40,516 nt of DNA, from IMG/VR virus record IMGVR_UViG_3300039068_000053, positions 1 to 40,516 of that record; one strand, given 5' to 3'. Both the position numbers and the translations under genes were made by a program. This DNA comes from a virus. Taxonomy: Duplodnaviria > Caudoviricetes. The notes under the pieces were generated by a model. That model was not told the origin of the DNA. It searched no databases and saw only the letters and a list, made by a program, of their open reading frames with translations. This document shows, piece after piece, positions 27,331-33,363 of the stretch (positions within the stretch are counted from its first letter, which is position 1; each line of letters starts with the position of its first letter).

Positions 27331-27465
27331 TATTCCTCGATTGTTACTTTAATAAAAGCATGGGAGACGTTGGCGCGTCCTTATCCCATGCCCAACACGC
27401 TCACGATCTTGCGATCGGAGAAATTTTATATTTATATTTATTGTGCATCTATTCCTCGATTGTTA
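27331..27465 (-). ncRNA. Candidate structured RNA / attenuator cassette flanked by 16-bp direct repeats
   Basis: Repeat TATTCCTCGATTGTTA at 27331 and 27450. On the - strand: hairpin CGATC-GCAA-GATCG, hairpin GCATGGGA..TCCCATGC plus TTTTATT, and a 15-codon uORF at 27448..27401. Confidence 0.55.
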
Positions 27466-27748
27466 TTTTTACTTTTCTAAAGTTGTGAACAGGCTGGTTT
27501 TTGAAGTAAAGATTACAACTAATACCATTCCTTAGGAAATAACCACCCAGCTCGCTGACGTAGCCATTAAAACTCTCAGGCTCATTCTCGCGCGGGAACA
27601 ATTCATTCTTAATTGTCTGAAATACATCGGACTTTATCGCTGCATTACATTCTTTTTTTGCTGGATCACAAGCCATCCTTTTTGGCACAAACATGCATAG
27701 AATAAATAAATCAAATAACTCCTCTTGTGATATTTCTTTCTTGCTCAC
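27449..27748 (-). CDS. Hypothetical early protein
   Basis: 99 aa; GTG start coupled to the upstream stop. Confidence 0.65.
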   Translation of the reverse strand: MSKKEISQEELFDLFILCMFVPKRMACDPAKKECNAAIKSDVFQTIKNELFPRENEPESFNGYVSELGGYFLRNGISCNLYFKNQPVHNFRKVKITIEE

Positions 27749-27912
27749 TTCTCACCACCCATCTTTATACACTTCCCAAAATCCCTACTCCAGCCATAGC
27801 CCACGTTACTTTCACATTGAGACTTCTCACCTCGTTCATACGCGACCAAGTGACTAGCAAATAAGATAGCTAGTACTGCAACCATAATAAATAACTTCTC
27901 AAAAAATAACAT
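27745..27912 (-). CDS. 55-aa exported/membrane peptide with a Cys pair (not in ORF track)
   Basis: MLFFEKLFIMVAVLAILFASHLVAYERGEKSQCESNVGYGWSRDFGKCIKMGGEK; AGGGG SD; follows a promoter. Confidence 0.65.
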   Translation of the reverse strand: MLFFEKLFIMVAVLAILFASHLVAYERGEKSQCESNVGYGWSRDFGKCIKMGGEK

Positions 27913-27922
27913 AACTACCCCT

Positions 27923-27951
27923 ATTAAAAATTAATTAGATCAATCTGTCAA
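27923..27951 (-). promoter_or_regulatory. Putative internal early promoter
   Basis: TTGACA-N17-TTTAAT on the - strand. Confidence 0.55.
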
Positions 27952-27952
27952 C

Positions 27953-28192
27953 TTATAATTCATTCAGTAACTCAGTAACTTCCTTTCGCGCAAATGCCCT
28001 ACCATAGGCTACGGTTAAAGTCTTATACCAAATAGTAGTCTCGGCTGACTTTCTAAGCTGACTTTTGTTAGGTCTATGCCCATCAATTGCACTTTCAATC
28101 TCGCTGATTAAAACATCCTTGACATAATCTCTCTCATGATCTTGTGATAATATATAGTCCGCCATCTCTCGTACATACGATTTTCTAGCCAT
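27953..28192 (-). CDS. Hypothetical early protein
   Basis: Start revised to MARKSYV (AGGAGGT SD). Confidence 0.65.
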   Translation of the reverse strand: MARKSYVREMADYILSQDHERDYVKDVLISEIESAIDGHRPNKSQLRKSAETTIWYKTLTVAYGRAFARKEVTELLNEL

Positions 28193-28388
28193 AAATCCAC
28201 CTCCTGAATACTTGCTTTGCAAGATAACAGTCATTCGTATTAAATTCACTCATGCACACAAAGTCTTTGTAGTGTGTGACTGAATATTGCCTACTAACAC
28301 GCGAGAACTTTAATATAGTCTCATAGCCCCTAGCCTTCCTGTGTCCTATGAAATATGCATAGGGCATGTTTCGTCTATCTAGCTTCAT
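28185..28388 (-). CDS. Small early protein, paralogue of 29224..29427
   Basis: Shared YAYFI and FxTNxxYxAKQxFRxW. Confidence 0.7.
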   Translation of the reverse strand: MKLDRRNMPYAYFIGHRKARGYETILKFSRVSRQYSVTHYKDFVCMSEFNTNDCYLAKQVFRRWIYG

Positions 28389-28583
28389 TTAACCCCCCAA
28401 ATGCCTTCTGTTATATACATATTGATCCCTATCAGCTCTCATTTCCTCGCAGTCCTGACATAGGAATAGACCATCTTCATTTTCTGGGACTTTACACACA
28501 TCACAGTCAATGCAGAGTCTCTCATCCCTGTCATGGTCTGGTGGTTCATTGTACTCGCGTTCTAATGATTCAAATGATCTCAT
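28389..28583 (-). CDS. Small acidic Zn-finger protein
   Basis: YNEPPD...CDVC...CQDC. Confidence 0.7.
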   Translation of the reverse strand: MRSFESLEREYNEPPDHDRDERLCIDCDVCKVPENEDGLFLCQDCEEMRADRDQYVYNRRHLGG

Positions 28584-28590
28584 CCTACAC

Positions 28591-28902
28591 CTACCAACTT
28601 AAACAGTAATACTTACCGTCCGACTGCTCCCAGCTGAAAAGAGCATCTTGTATGGATTGTTTGTCATACTGATGAATGTTCTCAGGACTGACAATCTCAG
28701 CATTGATAGCATAATTATCAGCAAGGTTAGATACATCTATAAGGTCACTGGTTTTAACGCCAATATCTGATAATAGCTGCGCCATCGCCTCTATCTCCTC
28801 AGTGCTCATCTCATAATCAAAGTTCTTGCATCTCTCAGCTATACGCTCGACAAGATCCAATGCCTGCTCGCAACTTAAATAGTTTATAGTTTCATTATTC
28901 AT
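28591..28902 (-). CDS. Acidic early protein
   Basis: 103 aa; about 20 D/E versus 6 K/R. Confidence 0.7.
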   Translation of the reverse strand: MNNETINYLSCEQALDLVERIAERCKNFDYEMSTEEIEAMAQLLSDIGVKTSDLIDVSNLADNYAINAEIVSPENIHQYDKQSIQDALFSWEQSDGKYYCLSW

Positions 28903-29084
28903 TTAACCCCCCTCATCCACTTTGTTATAAATATCTGTGCAGCTCTGAAAGACTTGCACTCCTTTGTAAAAAAATCACTACCGTTAAATATTTGAACAGT
29001 AGCACGCTCGACATTATCCACGCTCTTCATATGAATAAACGCGCCTTTGTACTTTAATGTATAGAAACAATCTACTTTACTCAT
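28899..29084 (-). CDS. Small early protein
   Basis: Start revised to MSKVDC (GGAGGAG SD, TGATG coupling). Confidence 0.65.
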   Translation of the reverse strand: MSKVDCFYTLKYKGAFIHMKSVDNVERATVQIFNGSDFFTKECKSFRAAQIFITKWMRGVK

Positions 29085-29227
29085 CACTCCTCCCTCTCCG
29101 TTAACAACCATGACCAATTTTTCCCATCTAACCAGTTCAAATATTCAGACTCATAGCTCAGTTCGCTGTATTGCACAAAGTCATCTATGACTAGCTCAAG
29201 TTCGTCATCAAATGTCATTCTACTCAT
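29084..29227 (-). CDS. 47-aa highly acidic peptide (not in ORF track)
   Basis: MSRMTFDDELELVIDDFVQYSELSYESEYLNWLDGKNWSWLLTEREE; GGAGG SD; coupled at both ends. Confidence 0.65.
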   Translation of the reverse strand: MSRMTFDDELELVIDDFVQYSELSYESEYLNWLDGKNWSWLLTEREE

Positions 29228-29427
29228 AGACTATCCCTCCACTCTCTAAACTGCTGCTTAGCATCGTATGCACTGTTAGTTTTGAATGTTGCAGTAACAT
29301 TGTACTTAGTCAGTACGTTAACCTCATAGTGCTTAGTATCACGATAATAACAAAGATTAAGCTCGAACCCACTGACATTATAATTGATGAAATATGCGTA
29401 TAAATTCTTGTAGGTGTTAAGTTTCAC
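29224..29427 (-). CDS. Small early protein, paralogue of 28185..28388
   Basis: Start revised to GTG 29427; shared motifs with the 28185 gene. Confidence 0.7.
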   Translation of the reverse strand: MKLNTYKNLYAYFINYNVSGFELNLCYYRDTKHYEVNVLTKYNVTATFKTNSAYDAKQQFREWRDSL

Positions 29428-29681
29428 TATCTCACCCCACTGCATTGATTGACTTGCTTAAAGACTGCTTTACAGTCGATTATAGACGTTCTGAGCTTCT
29501 TTACAGGTCTAGCCTTAACTACCCTAGCCACTGGCTTAATAGGGCTGAAATAATGGCATTGCTTGTCGCTGAATGAATAGTAGTAATGCTTAGGGCACTT
29601 AACTGAAATAGTGGTGTAGCGCATTACTGTAGGCTGTGTGGTACATGCTGATAATAGTAATAGGATGGTTAGTAGCTTCAT
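29427..29681 (-). CDS. Early lipoprotein (first gene of the leftward operon)
   Basis: MKLLTILLLLSA-C lipobox; four further Cys; basic. Confidence 0.8.
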   Translation of the reverse strand: MKLLTILLLLSACTTQPTVMRYTTISVKCPKHYYYSFSDKQCHYFSPIKPVARVVKARPVKKLRTSIIDCKAVFKQVNQCSGVR

Positions 29682-29717
29682 TCTATAATTCCCTTTTTTG
29701 GTTGATTCGTTGGATAG

Positions 29718-29746
29718 ACAATACGATGAGTGTTTCTATCTGTCAA
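29718..29746 (-). promoter_or_regulatory. Major leftward early promoter
   Basis: TTGACA-N17-TATTGT on the - strand with AT-rich upstream DNA. Confidence 0.7.
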
Positions 29747-29830
29747 CACTATTTCTATGATTATTTTAATAAGTGAAAATAGATTATGATGTTTATAGAT
29801 TAAAACATATGTATCATTAAGCCAAAGAAC

Positions 29831-29975
29831 TACTATAGTGCTCAAGTGTCCAGACAATATTTATTAAAATTTATCTATCATCTAACCCATTATTATTACA
29901 AGAGAGATAGTATTATTTTTAATAGTATATACCTTACTCTTAGTTGTTGTTGCTGGACACTTTAAAACTATCGTA
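29831..29975. repeat. Imperfect 23-bp inverted repeat around an AT-rich spacer
   Basis: TACTATAGTGCTCAAGTGTCCAG (29831-29853) versus the reverse complement of 29953-29975, TACGATAGTTTTAAAGTGTCCAG (18/23). Confidence 0.65.
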
Positions 29976-30027
29976 CTATATTAGCTTAGTAAAACTGCGA
30001 AATACATCGCAAACAATAGGAGCTATT

Positions 30028-30594
30028 ATGGAATATGTCTTTGGTCGACCTTACGACGAGAACGGTTGTCGGATGGTGGATATGAATGGAAGGAAGTTTT
30101 TTATCAACGACGATGGTAGTGTCGAATCAGCTGACAGTATGGACCCGACTGATTTTGACCCCGATCTAAAATATATGTCACTTGAAAACTTTCATATAAT
30201 GCTGACTAATAAATTTAAAGCAGTCCAGACTCTAAAGAAAACTAAAAAAGCAGTCAGAGAGATTACTGTCTCACCGAGTCATTGGTGGATGACTATGCCA
30301 GCTGACAAAAAGATTCAGCTAATATCGGAACTTGCTGAGAAAATAGAGGAGATTCTAACGCATCAAATTGTCAGTAGTCCTACAAATAAACTAAACGATT
30401 ATTACATGACACTACAGGACAGAGTTAGATATGGTACAATTGTACTACATGACCTAACGCCCAAAGATATATGCAAGCTTCCTAGTTATGATTCGTTGCG
30501 TGATAAGTTCTATGGCACACCCGTCCAGATACTCAAGCTTATAGCACTATGCTATCCAGCTAATAGGAAGCGCAGAGGGTCGAAGTACTGGTAA
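30028..30594 (+). CDS. Hypothetical protein (188 aa)
   Basis: Start revised to ATG 30028 (AGGAG SD); basic C-terminus; no family recognised. Confidence 0.7.
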   Translation: MEYVFGRPYDENGCRMVDMNGRKFFINDDGSVESADSMDPTDFDPDLKYMSLENFHIMLTNKFKAVQTLKKTKKAVREITVSPSHWWMTMPADKKIQLISELAEKIEEILTHQIVSSPTNKLNDYYMTLQDRVRYGTIVLHDLTPKDICKLPSYDSLRDKFYGTPVQILKLIALCYPANRKRRGSKYW

Positions 30595-30741
30595 TGCCTT
30601 GCGCGTAGCGCATAGTTCTAGCATGGTGCAAGTGATGCTGTGCTAGTAACTGTGCGTGTTGATTGGTTGGTTGCATTAGGTGGGGGGTATGAAAGGAGAG
30701 GTTGATGGGTGGGGTGTGGTTATATATAGGCTACCAATCCC

Positions 30742-30771
30742 TTGACAACTTCCATCTGTTGACAGTATTAT
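30742..30771 (+). promoter_or_regulatory. Putative promoter of the tRNA-like RNA
   Basis: TTGACA-N18-TATTAT, predicted start near 30778; a second TTGACA lies in the spacer. Confidence 0.6.
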
Positions 30772-30778
30772 AAGCCTG

Positions 30779-30856
30779 GCGGTGGTGATGTAACAACGAG
30801 AAACATGGTCTTCTAGCTTAAGGCATTTTGTAGGTGCAACCCCTACCCATCGTCCA
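30779..30856 (+). tRNA. Non-canonical tRNA-like cloverleaf, anticodon AGC (Ala), encoded CCA
   Basis: Acceptor GCGGTGG/CCATCGT, D stem ATGT/ACAT, anticodon stem GTCTT/AAGGC with loop CTAGCTT, 5-nt variable loop, T stem GTAGG/CCTAC with loop TGCAACC, then CCA. Confidence 0.75.
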
Positions 30857-31127
30857 CTTTGTACTTGCCAATCAATATCTGTTTCCTGTTTTTCTCTTGA
30901 CGACTTTATGTGTTGTCATTAAAATAAAAATCTACAACACAGTTCTTTTGGGGCTAGAGACTTTTTCGTCAGCAAGTGTCTATAGTCACTTAACATACTG
31001 GGAGAATTTCCCGACTGCTGATTTTTTCCTGTACTTTATATATCTGTTGACATATAACCACAATACCATCATCCTATTATTTAATAATAACAATTAGTGT
31101 GTGTGACTCTAACTGGGTGGTGGTACC

Positions 31128-31475
31128 ATTAAAGATCTTCGATACAGCAATCATAACGAGCTCGTCAACCGCACCCTAGTCCTCCTTCACAGCAATAAGC
31201 TCGGAAGATTCTGGGCGAACGCTACAGGCGCAGTCAAGACCATCAAAGGACACTTTCAGCGATATGGGCTTAAAGGCTCCTCAGATATTATAGGCCTGTC
31301 TCGTACTGGTCAGTTCATAGCTATTGAGATCAAAACTGGTACGGGTAGACAGTCTGGCGACCAGAAGAACTTTCAGCGAATGATAGAATCTAATGGTGGA
31401 CTTTACTTTATTGTCCGATCTGAGGATGATGTGAAGATAATTATTGACAGTATAAATCCTACTGATAGTCTATAG
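31128..31475 (+). CDS. VRR-NUC family nuclease (not in ORF track; probable ATT start)
   Basis: RFWANATGA..RYGLKGSSDIIG..GQFIAIEIKTGTGRQSGDQKNFQRMIESNGGLYFIVRS matches the VRR-NUC PD-(D/E)XK pattern. Confidence 0.85.
   Translation: MKDLRYSNHNELVNRTLVLLHSNKLGRFWANATGAVKTIKGHFQRYGLKGSSDIIGLSRTGQFIAIEIKTGTGRQSGDQKNFQRMIESNGGLYFIVRSEDDVKIIIDSINPTDSL
31444..31471 (+). promoter_or_regulatory. Putative promoter of the small-terminase-like gene
   Basis: TTGACA-N16-TAGTCT ending 7 nt before ATG 31479. Confidence 0.4.
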
Positions 31476-31478
31476 ACC

Positions 31479-32030
31479 ATGAATGATATTACCATCCAGA
31501 AACTTACTAAGTCGCAGAAGGAGCAGATTCGCTGGCTATATCTTGGCGAGTATGAAGTTACTGACATTGCGACCAAGCTGAATATTGAGCCGGAGACTGT
31601 GCGCTTTTTTATCTTTGGACCAGATGGTAATGGTAGTGAGAAGACTTGTTTGTATCAGATCAAGAAGGGTATGAGTTCTACAGCTATCTCGGCATTTATT
31701 GCCGACAAAGCGAATGTGCTTGAGCGCACTGGTGGTATTGCTCTTAATATTCTTAACCGTGCTCTGGCCAAACTTGATGCCGATATTACTACTGGTGAGG
31801 TTACTTTAAACCTTAATGACATGAAGACTTTGTCTAGTATTGTGTTGGACTTTGATAAGCTGGTGCGCCTAGAGACTGGCAAGGCTACTGAGCATATTCA
31901 GCATATTGGTCTTACTACAGCGGAAGCTCGACAATTATTAGAGTCAGATCCTTTTGCTCAAAATATAATAGAAGCAGAGTTTACAGAAAATAAGGAGACG
32001 CTTCCATGGCTAAATCAAGAAAAGGAATGA
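31479..32030 (+). CDS. Putative terminase small subunit
   Basis: N-terminal HTH (EVTDIATKLNIEPETVRF), helical core and RLETGKATEH strand; upstream of terL. Confidence 0.55.
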   Translation: MNDITIQKLTKSQKEQIRWLYLGEYEVTDIATKLNIEPETVRFFIFGPDGNGSEKTCLYQIKKGMSSTAISAFIADKANVLERTGGIALNILNRALAKLDADITTGEVTLNLNDMKTLSSIVLDFDKLVRLETGKATEHIQHIGLTTAEARQLLESDPFAQNIIEAEFTENKETLPWLNQEKE

Positions 32031-32473
32031 AGATTGAGAGACATGGAATGAAGGGGACCAAGATCTATATGGTCTGGGAACAGATTAAAGCCAGGTGTTT
32101 AAATCCTAATAATAAAAGATGGGAAAGATATGGTGGTCGAGGAATCACCGTGTGTGATGAATGGAGCAAGTCATTCATTGCCTTCTACAACGATATGATT
32201 GAAGGATACGCTCACGGCTTACAGTTAGATAGAATAGATAATGATAGCGGCTATAGGAAAGATAATTGCCGATGGGTCACACCTGGAATTAATAGTGCCA
32301 ATAAATCTAATGTTGGCAAATATATGAAGGGAGTATCTTTTTGTAAAAAAACTAACAAATTCAGAGCACAAATAGGAATAGATAAGGTAAAATACGCGCT
32401 AGGATATTTTAAAACAGAAATAGAGGCCCATGAGGTATTTGCGAAAGTACATATAGAATGGTACGGATTTTAG
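32006..32473 (+). CDS. HNH-AP2 homing endonuclease-like protein
   Basis: RHG..W..IKARCLNP..YGGRGITVCDEW..LDRIDNDSGY..DNCRW followed by AP2 GVSF..KFRAQI..LGYF. Confidence 0.9.
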   Translation: MAKSRKGMKIERHGMKGTKIYMVWEQIKARCLNPNNKRWERYGGRGITVCDEWSKSFIAFYNDMIEGYAHGLQLDRIDNDSGYRKDNCRWVTPGINSANKSNVGKYMKGVSFCKKTNKFRAQIGIDKVKYALGYFKTEIEAHEVFAKVHIEWYGF

Positions 32474-32483
32474 GAGAAGATAA

Positions 32484-32687
32484 ATGATGTGTGTTATCAG
32501 TGGACTGCCTACTAATTCCTTATACAAGAACCAGCCGATACATCCAGACGTGATGGAGATGGCAAGGGGTCTTATGAAAGATGAGGGTATGAGCATGTCT
32601 CAAGCATTAAAGACTATTAGTTATATTTTAGTAATGGATATTAAGAAGAAACTACAAAATGGCGAGGAGCCGAAGGAAGAACTATGA
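32484..32687 (+). CDS. Hypothetical protein
   Basis: AGGAG SD; 67 aa. Confidence 0.65.
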   Translation: MMCVISGLPTNSLYKNQPIHPDVMEMARGLMKDEGMSMSQALKTISYILVMDIKKKLQNGEEPKEEL

Positions 32688-33184
32688 AGACAATGGCGCA
32701 ATTAGAGAGTGAGATCGAAACTACTACAGAAGAAATTGGACATATTAAAGCTGCCCTAGACCATAAAGAGTATAAGGAAGAATATTCTTTTGAGTTCAAG
32801 CCGACACTTACTCATAAGGACTTTACTCATCCTGGACTAAAGGAGCTTGTTGAGGGTTGCAATAATGGGAACGTACATTTGCACCCTGATCTTGTTCTTC
32901 AGCTTATTGAAGGAGAGTTGTTTGAGCGCATGAAGGGGTTTGTTAAAACTCATATCACAGGCAAAGCTCCTGCATATTTAATGAACATGAAGAACGATCT
33001 TGAGCGCAAGATGTTGCACGATCAGCTAGAGTCTAGAACTAAGAAGCTATCTGCTGCTCTTGAGGAAGTTAAGAGCTTTGAGGCGATGGTTGATAGTTAT
33101 GAGGCTCCAAAGGGTGTTGTTACTGGTGAGTCTTTTGAAGGTAGTGTCCCTGACCCGAAAGTAGCTAAGAAGAAAAAGAAATAG
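32684..33184 (+). CDS. Hypothetical coiled-coil protein with a Lys-rich tail
   Basis: ATGA coupling; 166 aa; ends VAKKKKK. Confidence 0.7.
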   Translation: MKTMAQLESEIETTTEEIGHIKAALDHKEYKEEYSFEFKPTLTHKDFTHPGLKELVEGCNNGNVHLHPDLVLQLIEGELFERMKGFVKTHITGKAPAYLMNMKNDLERKMLHDQLESRTKKLSAALEEVKSFEAMVDSYEAPKGVVTGESFEGSVPDPKVAKKKKK

Positions 33185-33213
33185 TTGACACGTTTTCCAA
33201 TCGTGGCAATAAT
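33185..33213 (+). promoter_or_regulatory. Putative promoter upstream of the terL leader
   Basis: TTGACA-N17-AATAAT. Confidence 0.55.
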
Positions 33214-33236
33214 ATGACTACATAAACTTAATGCGT

Positions 33237-33339
33237 ATTATTTCCTAGGTTGGGAGATATCCCTTTTGGTGGGCAGGGGCTAAAGAACTACCGCCAATTT
33301 ATAGCTGATAAACCATAGGAGTCGGCAATCTCAAGTAAT
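33237..33339 (+). ncRNA. Candidate structured RNA in the terL 5' leader
   Basis: Stems TTGGTGG/CCGCCAA, GCTGAT/GTCGGC and TTGGGA/TCTCAA, with several G-U pairs. Confidence 0.4.
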
Positions 33340-33363
33340 CAAGTCGATCCAAATAAAAGATTC

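Larger units (their letters stand above)
28384..28912. repeat. 15-bp direct repeat TTCATTTAACCCCCC at gene starts
   Basis: Copies at 28384-28398 and 28898-28912 (- strand GGGGGGTTAAATGAA = SD + start). Confidence 0.8.

Noticed and set aside
30754-30765. CTGT..ACAG dyad as an E. coli-type LexA box
   Set aside because: The spacer is 2 nt, not the 8 nt of CTGT-N8-ACAG.
30811-30819. CTA triplet in the tRNA-like loop as an amber suppressor anticodon / stop-codon recoding
   Set aside because: The paired stem centres AGC, not CTA. Genes are full length in code 11, and TAG ends genes cleanly (e.g. 3051, 7625, 10955).
30955-31025. CTGACGA on the - strand as a hammerhead ribozyme core
   Set aside because: I could not place stem II, GAAA and the NUH site in the required order.
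30834-31097. 87-aa ORF from the track
   Set aside because: It starts inside the tRNA-like T arm, has no SD, is low in complexity, and overlaps predicted RNA stems and a promoter.
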